Origin: Camelus ferus
Lineage: Eukaryota
DNA length: 64,000 nucleotides
Direction: 5' to 3'
Assembly (NCBI RefSeq): GCF_009834535.1
Contig: NC_045697.1
Location: 77,068,001 to 77,132,000, forward strand
This document shows positions 38,936 to 51,488 of this stretch, one piece after another; positions within the stretch are counted from its first letter, which is position 1, and the number at the start of each line of letters is the position of its first letter. The notes under the pieces were generated by a model. That model searched no databases, had not been told where the DNA came from, and saw only the letters and a program-made list of their open reading frames with translations. Position numbers and translations under genes: made by a program.

Positions 38936-40667
38936 CTCCACATCTTGTATCAGCAAAAAAGGAAAAAGCCAGTTTGGTTCTAAAGCTTCAAAGTAGCTCA
39001 CATTTCTGTTTGATGGAAATGCACATGTGGCCTGGGCGGGTCAACGCGCCTACTTACTCTGGGCTTGTGAATATTGGGACTTATGAACAGCAGAGCTTTG
39101 GGACCCTAACCTGTTCATTTGTAAAAGAGTTTCTAAGGTTCTCAAGATGGGTTGTCTATCCCTGCTGGCCTCCTCTGAAACAGAGCACAGAGCATGATTT
39201 AGTTTTTCCTGGTAACTGAGAGGCAAAGCTATGAATATCTGTACATATAAACATAGCAATATCCTAAAGAGCTTTCAGGTTATACAGTAGGTACTCAGTG
39301 AATGAGAGTTCCTGCTTTTCAGTTCCCTTCAGGACACCCAGTTAGACATTCTCAGCTGGCAAGAGACCTATGGGCTATGTTTATCATATCCCCAGTGGAA
39401 TTTATAATATTGTTCAATTTAACTAACGGCTTCAGACTGCTGTGCATTTTCAGTTCTTCCATTTTTTCAATTTTCTTGTCTTTTCTCTATTAATCCTCCC
39501 AGATACTAGTGATTGCTGCTCTCAGTGTGCCTATATTAACAGCATTCCTTCTGCTGCCTTGTGACTCACTAACCTGCTGTGGGCTGGATAAGTGGATAAC
39601 TATAGAAATTACAGTATATTGAAAATAATAGCCAAATATTCTAAGTAGAACTTGAGAGAATTTCTGGTAAGTGCATGCACTTTTGCACATAGGCTGATTA
39701 TGTGGTCACCATTTGCCTAATTTTTTTTTTCTTTTAGGACTTAGACAGTTGAGATTTAAATGATAGTTAAATGATATCAACATAAGTGATCAAATAATAG
39801 GAACATCAGTGAAATTGTTTCTTCCCATCATAATATAGGTCGTGGAACTCAATTTAGAATGCCATAATGAAAAGAAGAAACAAAAATTCACAAGGAACAT
39901 AAGAAAAAATAATGCAGCAATTTTACAGAAAAAAAAAAATCAAGAAATCCAAATGTAAGAAAGTCGGTAGGAACAAATGTAAAAGATCCTGCATAGGATC
40001 TCTGGGGACAGATGATATCCTATTAACTTTTGTATCCCCAATGCCTGGCCTACTAAAAATGCAATAAATGTGTAAATAGATCAGAAAAGGTGAAGAAAGA
40101 AGAAAATTATGTTTTCATATTGCGAGAGGGACACCAATTAGGGAATGTCTCTAAAAGAGGAAAGGTGTTCTACAAAGGTCACATGTGATTTTAAAACTAG
40201 AGAATTAAAAAATAAAAAAACTGGCAGACGAAGATGTGAAGCCAGATACAATAGAGAAAGAACTGGAGTAGCATTTTTTGAGGTAAAGATAGGTGTTCAG
40301 TTATCCAAGTCTCCCACAACTTCTGTTATAGAGAATATGAGTCCTAAATTGGGGGTGACAAATAGTGGCATGTGTGTCAGAAATTGACATTCAGTAAAAC
40401 GTTCCTCCTGCACCTGTGGCCAGGCTTGCTTTCAATTACAGCCTTCTTTCCCACTGAACACAGACTTGGTCCCTGCATTAGCCTCCACAATGTCCATCAA
40501 AGCAATTGAGATCAACACCACCGTAATTGGCACTCCTGGCACTGTAATCACACATCTACAAAATGTCACTTTTAACAGTTGGCAGAAGATTGGAGAAATG
40601 TCCTGAAGGAAACACCATCTCCCAAAGTAAATTGAATGAACCAATTCAGCATAACTTTGCTATTCAA

Positions 40668-40790
40668 AGCAGTGGTTCTCAAATTTTCCTGTGCATGAGA
40701 GTCACCAGGAGAGGCTGCTGTTGGGTTCCGTCTCCAGAGTTCAGTAGGGCTGGGGTGGGACCTGAGAATTTGCATTTCAAACACTTTGAG
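40668..40790. mobile_element. MER5-like fragment
   Basis: cagtggttctcaaa...gagtcacc...ttcagtagggctggggtgggacctgagaatttgcattt. Confidence 0.7.
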
Positions 40791-40919
40791 ATTCAACATT
40801 CTAAGGAATACTGGAACAAATTCTAAATACTGTAAATCTGAAAATCCTTTGACAAGCAAAATAGTACATCATAATTAGCATAGCTTTCAGAAGAAAAATG
40901 TAGCTTAACCAAGTGTCGT

Positions 40920-41205
40920 TTGTAGTGAACAGAGCAAAGATTTTGGAGCTAAGTAGACCTTGGTTTGATCTTTTGGTTCTGCTATTTACAGGTTCATGAC
41001 ATTTTACTAAGACCACTTGAACTCTTTATAGGCATTAGTTTCTTCTGGTAAAATGAGAATAAGAAAAATATCCCACAGAATTACTTTGATGACTAAATGG
41101 GAAATATATATATGCAATATATATTTATAATATATAATCTATCTATCTATCTATCTATATATAAAGTGACTAACACAGTGCCTGATACATGGTAAGCATT
41201 CATTC
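40920..41205 (+). mobile_element. MIR with embedded (TA)/(TCTA)n microsatellite
   Basis: ttttggagctaagtagacc...tctgctatttac...gtaaaatgagaataa...taacacagtgcctgatacatggtaagcattc. Confidence 0.7.
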
Positions 41206-41624
41206 AACCTTTCCTCCTTTTCCTCCTCTTCACTGACGGCAGTCATGGAACGTAAAGCAATAGAGAGAAATAACATAATTTCATGAAGGTTGTAGGCTCT
41301 GTCATGCAAAAGATTCCTATAAACATGCTAGAAAATGCTATGGTGAAATGGTGATAAAGACTGTGGGGAAGACGAGTTAAAACACAGAATCCCTGTCCTC
41401 CTTTTTAGTAGTCTCCCCTAAAGACACAGGGTGCACCTTCATTCCATGTACCTGTGATCAAAATGGGCTCCTTACAGCTGAGATGACACATTCCAGGGGC
41501 AGAAAGCCAACTGCCTAGTTATTCCCTTACTCCTATAATGGTAGCCCCTTAATACAGGGCTTTTTTCTGAGTCATTTTTCAAAGGACTCCCAGGAAGTAT
41601 TGGAACCTATAATTGTGTAATCTT

Positions 41625-43304
41625 TTTTTTTCTGGTCATAAGCCAAGGACAGGTATTTTTTAATTGAAGTATAGTTGATGTACAATGTTATACAAATTGT
41701 GATTCACAATTTTGAAAGGGTATGCTCCTATAGTTATTATAAAATATTAGCTATATTCCCTGTGTTGTGCAATATATCCTTGTAGCTTATTTTATGCCTA
41801 GTTGTTTATGCCTCTTAATCCCCATCCCACACTGCCCCTCCCCCTTCACTTTCCGCACTAGTAACCACTAGTTTGTTCTCTATACCTGTGAGTCTTCTTC
41901 TGTTTTGTTATATTCACTAGCTTGTTGTATTTTTTAGATTCCACATATAAGTGATATACTGTATTTGTCTTACTCTGTCTGACATTTTACTTAGCATAAT
42001 GCCCTCCAAGTTCATTCATGTTGCTGCAAATGGCAAAATTTTATTCTTTTTTATGGTTGAGTAGTATTTAATTGTGTGTGTGTGTGTGTATACCACTTAA
42101 TATTACATTGTCTATATAAACCACATCTTCTTTATCTTTTTATCTGTTGATGGACACAGGCTGCTTCCATATCTTGGCAATTTTTTTTATTGAAGTATTG
42201 TTGATTTACAATGTTGTGTTAGTTTCTGGTATACAGATTCAGTTATATATATATTCTTTTTGGTATTTCTTTTTAATAATAGGCTATTATAAGATATCAA
42301 ATATAGTTCCCTGTGCTATACAGTGGGACCTTGTTGTTTATCTATTTTATATATATTAGTTTGTATCTGCTAATCCCAAACTCCTAATTTTCCCTCCCCC
42401 TTCCCCTTTGGTAACTGTAGTTTGTTTTCTACGTCTGTGAGTCTATCACTGTTGTGTAAATAAGTTCATTTGTGTCATTTTTTTAGATTCCACATATAAG
42501 TGATATGGTATTTGTCTTTCTTTTCCTGACTTACTTCACTTAGATGATAATCTCTAGATCCATCCAAGTTGCTGCAAATGGCATTATTTCATTCTTTTTT
42601 ATGGATGAGCAGTATTTCATTGTGTGTATATACCACATCTTCTTTATCCAATCATCTGTTGATGGGCATTGAAGTTGCTTCCATATCTTGGCTATTGTAA
42701 ATAGTGCTGCTATGACCATTGGGGTGCATGTATCTTTTCGCGTTAGAATTTTCTCTGGATAAATGCTCAGAGTGGGATTGCTGGATCATATGGTAAGTCT
42801 AATTTTAGTTTTTTAAAGGAATCTCTATACTATTTTTCATAATGGCTGACTCAAACTGCATTCCTACCAGCACTGTAGGAGAGTTCCTTTTTCTCCACAC
42901 CCTCTCCAGCATCATCCTTTTTAATGATGGCCATTCTGACTGGTGTGAGGTGATATCTCATGGTAGCTCTGATTTGCATTTCTCTAATAACTAGTGATAT
43001 TGAGCATCTTTTCATGTGCCTATTGGCCATGTGTATGTCTTCTTTAGAGAAATGTCTGTTTCGGTCTTCTGCCCATTTTTTGATTGTTTTTTTTGTTTGT
43101 TTGTTTTTTTTTTTTTGTTACTGAGTTATATGAACTGTCTGTATATTCTGGAAATTAAGCCCTTGTCCGTCGAATCATTTGCAAATACTTTCTCCCATTC
43201 TGTAGGGTTTTTCTTTTTATTTATGATGTCCTTTGCTGTGTGAAAGCTTATAAGTTTAATTAGGTCTCATTTGTTTATTTTTGCTTTTATTACTATTGCC
43301 TTGG
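41625..43304 (-). mobile_element. Composite L1 insertion: young L1 (43304-42181) + older L1 3' end (42180-41656) + 24 nt unique sequence + poly(A)
   Basis: Two tandem antisense L1 3' ends. The whole unit is flanked by TTGTGTAATCTT (41613-41624, 43305-43316). Confidence 0.9.
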
Positions 43305-43469
43305 TTGTGTAATCTTCTTGATGAAGCAGAGTGTGACCTTTTGCTCATGCAGGGACTTATGTTTTTGTGGAAAAGTTGGAAACACTGTGGAAAAGCGCTT
43401 GCCCATTTTGTGTAGATGGAGTATGTATTGTTGAAAGTCCTAAAACTCAAAAGTACAAACTATTTCAAA

Positions 43470-43790
43470 AGACAATTGTAGACTGTATATTTGATGATAC
43501 TAAGGAATTATTTTTTAAATGATTTTAGATATAATAATGGCATTGTGTTTATGTTATACATTTAGAGAAACATGTTGAATACTTACAGATAAAATGATGC
43601 CTGAGATTTCTTTCAAAATAATCTCAGGAGGGTGGTGGAGGTTGGTGCTGGTATAGATGAAGCAAGATTAGCCCTGAACTGACAAATGTTGACATTGGTT
43701 GTTGAGTATATGATGGTCCATTATACTACTTTCTCTTATTTTGTATTTCTTCAAAATTATCTACATAAAATATTAAAAATTCAAGTAGTT
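43470..43790 (+). mobile_element. Old L1M (MC/ME-like) 3' end
   Basis: gtatatttgatgatactaaggaatta...aaatgatgcctgagatttctttcaaaataatc...ggtccattatactactttctc. Confidence 0.7.
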
Positions 43791-45331
43791 TTTTTTAATG
43801 GTATATTGCTTTTCAGGACAAGATTGTCTTATAATATGTGTTTAGTGTAATTTTCTCTAAAGATTCTGAAAATTTACGTTTAACAAAGTTGTTGGCTTTT
43901 ACAGCCTAATAATTGGGCTTACTGTATCTTTCACATGCAGGAAGTAGTATATTTTAGCTTCTGGATATTATAATGTAAAAGTATTGTTTGAGTCACTTAT
44001 TAGTGTACAAAATGGAAAGGACAAATTAATCAGAATTATGGAAATAAGAATAAAGACAAACTCTAAAAGGAAAGTACAAATCCCACCACTGAAATCCTAT
44101 TTGTAATTCATCTGGTGCATTAAAATTATCACGTATGATTCATTCATGGCAACAGCTAACGGGAAGCTTTGCATTACTCTAGGACTACAACACACTTTAT
44201 GCTTGGCATAATCATTCAGTAATTAGATTTAGCACTCCAGAAATGCCGTCTTGCTAGATCCCACTCGGAATTCGATGTTTTTGAACAATTTCATTTCTAA
44301 TACAGAATGACTGTGACATACTCAGGATTCCAAGGTGACAACGACTTGAGAAATGTAGTCCAGGGCTTGCTTGCCTGTTAGCATGCTGGGACAGGCCAGA
44401 GATTCAAAGACAAAGCAAGCTGAGTTCTCAATTTCGATGCTACAGCTTCTCTTCTGAACACCAACAGGAAGAGCCAACCCTTGACAAAAATCATGAGGAA
44501 GATAGTTTGTCTTTCAGTTTCCCTTACTCCATTTCCCCCTTCTCCTCCCCTAGATTTAGACAGTGGGAGAAGTTCTCAATTCTTACTGAGATTCTGTGTT
44601 TATCTCTGAGAAATGTTTCCTCTTTCTTTGCCAGGATTATAATTCTCTACGGACAGGGGACAGGAGACAGGGAGCTTAAATGCCTTTTTCCTTTGGAATT
44701 TAATATTAAGGGGAAAAAAAAAAATCTCAGGATTAAAAAAAACAAAGCCAAACGCAGGGTTCCTCTTCGGAGGAAGGGTGGGTGGGGTCATAGTCCGGCC
44801 TGGCGTTGCCCGGGGCTCCGGAAGTCACCCAGCAGCTCTCGAATCCGCCTCCCAGCACTGCCGGCCCCGGCCTGCCGGGCACAGCTGCCTCCGCCCCGCG
44901 TGGGAGCGGGCCCAGCGCCCCTCTATCCAGATCCATCCCTCTCGCCGCAAGGCGACAGCAGCTCCGCCCCGGGCCGGAGTTCGCAGGGCTGGCAGGGAGG
45001 CCGCCGCCCCGGGCCCCGCCTCCGGCAAAGGCGCGCCGGGCTCCGCCTGCAGGGGGCGTTGCGGCGCGCGAAGCCGCGCGTGCGGGGAAAGACGCGGGGT
45101 GGGAGTCCCGCGGCTCGGGGCTCGGGGCGAGCGGCAGAGGCGGGCCGGGCGGAGGGAGCCGGAGTCCCGGCGCCCGCAGCGGCCGAGCTGGGCTCCGGGG
45201 TGGAGCGCGGGCACCCCAACCGCGTCCTGGGTGACTCCATCGGTGACGCCAGGCGCGTTCCTTCCTCTTCCTCTCGCCTCTCCGGCCCCGCCTTCCCTTC
45301 CCTCCGCCCACCTCCCAGAAGCGGAGCCGGA

Positions 45332-45358
45332 GCCGCCGCCGCTGCCGCCGCCGCCGCC
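45332..45358 (+). repeat. (GCC)3 GCT (GCC)5 trinucleotide repeat in the probable SEC24B 5' UTR
   Basis: Read directly; ends 15 nt before the ATG. Confidence 0.9.
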
Positions 45359-45373
45359 TCCAGCAGCGCCGTC

Positions 45374-45500
45374 ATGTCGGCCCCTGCCGGGTCTCCTCAT
45401 CCGGCCGCCAGCGCCCGGATCCCGCCCAAGCTTGGCGGAGCCGCCGCCTCGGGAGCAGCCGCGCCCGCAGGCCCGGGCCCCGGGCCGCACCAGCAGAACG
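45374..45500 (+). CDS. SEC24B: SEC24B coding exon 1 (protein transport protein Sec24B N-terminus)
   Basis: ATG at 45374 (gccgtcATGt) encodes MSAPAGSPHPAASARIPPKLGGAAASGAAAPAGPGPGPHQQN-G, matching the recalled mammalian SEC24B N-terminus. Donor AACG|GTGAGG at 45500/45501, phase 1. Lies in the CpG island. Confidence 0.95.
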
Positions 45501-48500
45501 GTGAGGCGGACGGCCGGGGCGGAGCGCGGGGCCTAGTGCCGGCGGGGCAGCCTGCGCGGCCGGATCGGGCGGGGCGGGAGGCAGGGCGGTGGGAGTGGGG
45601 GCTGCCGGGGTTGGGGCGGAGGGGCACGTGGCGGGGGCCGGGCGGAGGGGCGGTGCTGGGGCGGGGGGCGCCCCGGCGCGGGGGCCGACCTGGGGAATAG
45701 GGAGCAGGGCTGTGTAGGTAGCGTGACCCCGGGCCCGAAGCCGCCGGAGCGAGTAGGGGCCGTAGAAAAGGGGGAGCCCACATACCACGTGAAATCCCTG
45801 TTATCCAGCCTGGGCGCGGGCGACTTGCTCCGAAGAGCGACCCCTCAGCCGAGACACCCGGCAGAAAGCCGAGGCCGCAGAGTGCGTGGTCCGGGGAAGG
45901 CTGGTGTAGCCATGGAGCTGGGTGGATCGTACCCTTCCCGTCTCGGGAAAGATTGCTCTGATTTCTGAGGCCCAGCGAGCACGCTGCCTGGAAGGGAACT
46001 TAAGTTAGCGCTCAAGTTTGTAGACAAAAGGGTGTAAATATGTAACATAAGTGTAACTGTAACCTGTGACCCAGTTTGGCCTCAAGATCTGTCATTGCCG
46101 CTGCGGCTGCTGCTCCAGCGTTTGGAGTTTGCTTGTCGTGTTCGAAAGGGAGCAGGTGTCAAGCGGGTTTAAACAAATACTTTTAGATCTGGGTGGTTTC
46201 ATCCTCCCACCGACACCCCCAGCTTCACTTTCAGAAACACAGAAAACGTGCCAGAGTTGGCCCTATTTGAGGCAAGGCCTCATACAGGCAGCAGCCAATG
46301 CAACGTGAAAGCCGCTTTCGTCCTAAGGTCGTACGCTTTCGGTGTGCAGGGTTTCAGCTGAAAAACGATCGGCTCTAGGATACCCGTTCCCTAATCTTGA
46401 GATTTGGAATGTTCGTGCGTGGGGCCAGGGGAGAGGGGACGTCTGTAGACGATAATGTTTCAGATGAGAACTCTCAAAAGTAATTGAATACTTTAGAAGA
46501 AAATGCCTGTCCTGTGTTGGTAAGAGAACAAAGTCAGCTGATACTCTTGCAATGATTGTTGAACAGACCTGTTTTATCCAGATTGTTTTTTTTTTTATCC
46601 AGATTGTTAATGAAAATTTACTGGACTTGATAAATCAGTTCAGCCGACATCCTACTTTTTATAACTGCTGCTTTTCAAACATGCAGTTTATCGTTTATCC
46701 TGAGAACCAGAAGTTGAATTTTTTTTGCGAGTCAAAATTGGTGGCTTAACCTTAATATCCTTTGGATCAGCCATGCTTGTCAGTATCAAGTGCTTTATTT
46801 CCAGAAGTCCTTGTTTACTGTATGGGTTTTGAATGTGAACATTCAAACATTGTGAATGTGAACATTTGGAATGTGAACAGTGTAACAGGTTTTGTACTTC
46901 TGTCCTGAACATGCATGATGATATTATTTGTGAACAGTTTTTGTTCTCATAATGTTAGTATACATTCTTGATTTTGTTTTGCTTTGGAAGCTTTGTATGT
47001 GGAGGGACTACAACATGATAATTTAGGAAGAGATCCCAAATCTTTTAGAATAAACCCATGTTTAACAGTGATCCAAGGATTGTATCTTGTCTTGATTTTC
47101 TGGATATGTATTAGTGTCTTAGTGAACAGTTTTCAAAGTGGCAAATACTTTCCTAAGCCTTAGAAATTTTGTGAATGCTCAGGGAATGCCAGGATATCAG
47201 GATATTAAATCTGTAAAAACAAATTAGTTAATATACTTAGAAGCCAAATATAGATGATGCTTGATTTCTACTATTTATAATCACCACTTTTCTTTGACAT
47301 AATTAGTTTTTTTCAGCATTTGTGCATGCTTGCCAGTTGAGGACTTAAGATTAGCCTAGTAGATAAGACAGAATCCCTGCCTTTCTCCTAAATTGACCTG
47401 TATTTTGATGGCATTGAAGTTGGTTTTGACCTTGAGGGATTTGACTGGGTAGGAGGAGGGCAGGGCTGTCTCGAGGCCATGACAAAAGTCTAAAAATTTA
47501 GAAACTAAGAGGCAAAAAGAGTGCTGGGTGGGAGGGAAAATCCTAGGCATAGAAACTGAAGAGAATACTTAAAAAGGGCCAGATTGCAGAAAGACCTTAA
47601 GTGCTAAGGAATTTGGAAATTAAGATAAAGGCTTAGGGTTAATTTTTGTTTGTTTTTGTGGGAGTAAGTAGTTTAAGTAGATAAATAACAAGGTCAAATC
47701 TGTTTTTGTTTTAATCTTAGAGAAAAGTGATTTTTACTCCTAGTGTTTGTCATCCATAGATAATGATTAAGCGGTCATTTGGGTTTGTGATTGATTCTTT
47801 AGCCCTCCGTGAATTAGTTTGCTTTTTAATACATCTCCGTGGAATTCCAGACATGGTAAAAAAAGAAACAGATCAGAAGTATGAGTATGAAACATCAGAG
47901 AAGACAGAATTGTAAAACTGGAATGGTATCCAGAGGTCACTTACTTCAGTGGTTATCAGACATTTTAAAAAACAGATTTGTTTTCCCACAGGAAACTGTA
48001 CAGAGCCCTGACATACCAATCAGAAAAAAAAGCAGAGCATTTGTGTTTAAAAGAGAAGTGGAGGTCCAGGCGCTTCTGTTCAGAATGCAGTCTGTAAAGC
48101 ACCTACTTCACTTCTGTAATTTAATAGATAAACTTAAGATCCAGAAAGGTGTAGGTGGGTGTTTTTCACCAATGCCTGTATAAGCTCCTTGCGGGTAGCA
48201 GCCTGTCTCCTGTTCATTGCTGTATGTTCAGGGCCTGGAACAAGTTGTAGCCTCATTAAACACTTGTTAAATGAAGTCTGATTCAGTCTTCCTAGTTTCA
48301 AGTCCAGGTCTCTTTCAATTAACAGACCCCAGCAAGTCTCTTATTAGAAACTTTGACATTGGAAAGGGTAGGGAGGCAGAAACCGAGACTTCATTATCAT
48401 TTTCCCTTGTTTTCTATGTTTAAATGTTAACAGGCTTTCCCCCATTTATTTGAAGATACAGTTTTACTCTTTGAGTCTGTGAAATATATCTCTTAAACGT

Positions 48501-49639
48501 CCTTCCTTGGAGTTATATTTCTACACTTCAGTTATTCACTGAGCAACATATAGGCGGTTCAGAATTATTTGTATTTCTACATGAAGTATTTGTTGTATAT
48601 TTTCCGACTTTTATTCTGCCTTTTGAGAGTCCTTCTAAAGCTAAGTCCTCAAACAAAGAAAGACTGAGTGAAATGATATCCTGATAATGATGGCATAACC
48701 CCATAATTTCTCCCAATTGATAAAATTGAAAAGGGTCTTTTAAAAGTTTGTTTGGTAGGGAGACCCAGATTTACCAATTACAGATTGCTTTTTAATTCTA
48801 CTTTTAGGAAGTAAATGGTGCTCATTTTCAAATGGAAATGTGTTTTCTTCCTTCCATATGCCTTTTCCAAGAATGATGCTACCAACAGTTTTATCCTTTT
48901 AATTGTCAATGTAGGAAAGACAAGATAGTAATAGGAATTATTAGAATTCATTATGGAAGCTACAAATAAACACACCATTCACTCAGCGATACTATCTGGT
49001 GGGTTACAGGAAACCCTTCAACTTTGAGAGCACATGCAAAATTTAAAATGATATAAATCTCCCTAGAGTGTCTGCAGTAAGTTTTGATCGGAGCAATGTC
49101 TGTGTCTCAAGTTTCTAGTCTTCCTTTATAGCTAACCAGAAGCATCAGGTCCTCTCATGAAGATACTGCCATGGTATAATATAACTTTCTGCATACATAA
49201 TATCCTTCTAAGCTGATTAGTAGATATCTCAAGATTTTTTTTTTAAACATTCCCTCCTTATATAAACAAGTATCTTTTATCTGGACTCAATTTTTATTTT
49301 TTGTTGCCCTATGTATTGCTTCAGTTACTTGCGTCTTTTCACCTCTACCCACCTCCCTCCCTCTGAGTTTTCTGAGATTTTTTCTGTAATAATTTTTGTA
49401 AACCACATTCATTGCCACTGATCTTAGTATTTCAGCTAACTTCCATCTTTCTGATTAATCTGTAAGCCCTGAAATATTAGGTGCTAACGACGTTGAAATA
49501 GAACAGATTTTGAGCCAATCTTCAATGGACTTTCCTAGAAATGAGAGCATCTTCGAAGTCAGCACTGCGTGTTAGAGCAGATCATTATATTCAGCCCTGG
49601 GGAAGCCACTATTGTTTCCAGTAGGCTAAGCATACTCAG

Positions 49640-49840
49640 AATTGTCAGAAGGTGTGAGCTAGTGAAAAGGTTGCAGGCTCTGTTACAGCCCAGGGTTTTG
49701 TGGAGAAAATTGCTTAACATCTCTGAGCTTCAGGGGATAATAATACCTTCCTCATAGAGTTGTTGAGGGGATTACATTAAATGAGGTGCTGTTTTAAAGT
49801 ACCTGGTGTTTAGCAAAATGAGATGCTTAGCAAATGAGAG
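49640..49840 (+). mobile_element. MIR SINE
   Basis: aaattgcttaacatctctgagcttcag...ggggataataataccttcctcatagagttgttgag. Confidence 0.65.
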
Positions 49841-50319
49841 TCCCCTTCATCTCGTTTCCCTCAGAACAGCAGGATGTCCGTTCTTCTGTAGGACAGACCA
49901 CGTGAGTGGCAGTGTGCAGTAGGCATTCAACGGAGTAAGTGAACTTGGCTTCATGTTTGTTGTTGCTTTTGAAGATTGGCCACAGAAAGGATCTGTGTAT
50001 GGCCAGATCTGCCTACTCCTTTCTTGTATTTAAGGCTCAATCCCTATTTTAGTCTTTTTATTATTTTCTTACACTGTCCAGCCCTCCCTCCCACGAATCT
50101 GCCTTGGAAGGTTTCTTCTGATAGGCCACTACCTCTGCTAGCTGGTTTGTGGGAAGAGGGGTTTTATGTTTTCTAAAATCGTGTGCCAAAAGTTGCCTGT
50201 AAGAGGAACTGAGAGAAAGGAGGATGAAGTAAGGAGGCGAGAGGGAGTAGTAAAACGCCTTGCCTAGCCAGTGGCCAAGTCCTAACTCGCTTGTTTTTCC
50301 TAGTATTTCTGAGAAACAG

Positions 50320-50530
50320 GTATTGTGAAATGGGCTTTGGAACCTGCGATGCCTGACTTCTTCACTACTTCCCAGCTATGTGACCCTGTATGAATTAGTG
50401 ACTTTCATGTCCCTGTTTGTTTGTGAAATGACCATACTGATACTTTACAGGGTTGTTGGGAAAATTATATAAGGTTATATATAGAAAGGCAGAGTACATG
50501 GCATGTAGTAGGTTTTCAACCAACACTGGT
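50320..50530 (+). mobile_element. MIR SINE
   Basis: gggctttggaac...cactacttcccagctatgtgaccctg...tttacagggttgttgg...catggcatgtagtagg. Confidence 0.65.
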
Positions 50531-51279
50531 TTTCCTTTTGTTCTTTCACTCTTAGCACACATTATCGTGGCATCCAGAGAGAATGACTGATGTAGTGGCC
50601 GGAATAATCTGCTTAATGCAGTGAGATTTCATCTAAATGGTTGCACAGGCTGTGTCTGCCAACAGTGACTGAACAATTACCTTTGTAGCTATTAGCCCTC
50701 CATTAGGAAGAATAATCCAGGCTATCCAGATGATTGGAACTCCCCATTTTTTAATTCACTCGGGTTTCTAGTTGCAGATTTTTTTAGGGGTGTGTGTGTG
50801 TACATTTTATGCTCACTAAAAAGTGTATTTTAGCAATGCTATTGATGCTTTATTGGTAGGGGTTGTATATTCAGAATATTTGGTAATCAGTACTATGTGT
50901 ACTGACCACTGAATGGATACCAACCTTGACATTAGAGCAAGATTTTGTCAGACTGTAATGTGCCAGGCATTAGTCCTTTAGTTGCTGGATCATGAACAGG
51001 TCTGGGGCAAGGGGCCAGCATGGTGGGGTGTCACAGGGAAGCAGGGTCAGGGCTGTGACTGTTTACTAACTGGTTCAGGAGTATTTTAATGTTTTAATAA
51101 GAATGATTGTTAAAAAGTGCATACTGCCTGAGTATTGACCTACTTTTTGGTAGTTCAGTAATGAATGAATTACATTCTTAGATCTGATTCTGTTTCTATA
51201 TTAGTATGAATTGTATCTCCCTAGGATAGAGGAGCTTGTACTTTGCTGACCTTGATGTTCTTTTGAAGATAATGAAAAC

Positions 51280-51488
51280 TTTTTTTAATTTGTAGTATAG
51301 TCAGTTTACAATGTTGTGTCAGTTTCTGGTGTACAGCATAATGTTTCATTCATACATATACATACATATATTCGTTTTCATATTCTTTCATTATAGGTTA
51401 CTATAAGATCTTGAATATAGTTCCCTGTGCTGTACAGTATTACCTTTTGTTTATCTATTTTATATATAGTAATGTGTGTCTGCAAATT
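51280..51488 (-). mobile_element. Young camelid-type L1 3' tip
   Basis: gtatagtcagtttacaatgttgtgtcagtttctggtgtacagc...aagatcttgaatatagttccctgtgctgtacag, same family as 1190-1424. Confidence 0.88.

Larger units (their letters stand above)
44750..46000. promoter_or_regulatory. SEC24B: CpG-island, TATA-less promoter of SEC24B
   Basis: Abrupt rise in GC and CpG. Several GC boxes (CCGCCC/GGGCGG), ETS/GABPA site CCGGAAGT 44818-44825, NRF1-like GCGCGTGCG 45076-45084, CTCF-like CCTGCAGGGGGCGT 45046-45059. Confidence 0.9.

Noticed and set aside
44507..45788. Long overlapping ORFs on both strands (397, 252, 221, 192 aa etc.)
   Set aside because: Stop-poor CpG-island artefacts with Ala/Gly/Pro/Arg-rich translations. 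Only 45374-45500 matches a known protein and ends at a splice donor.
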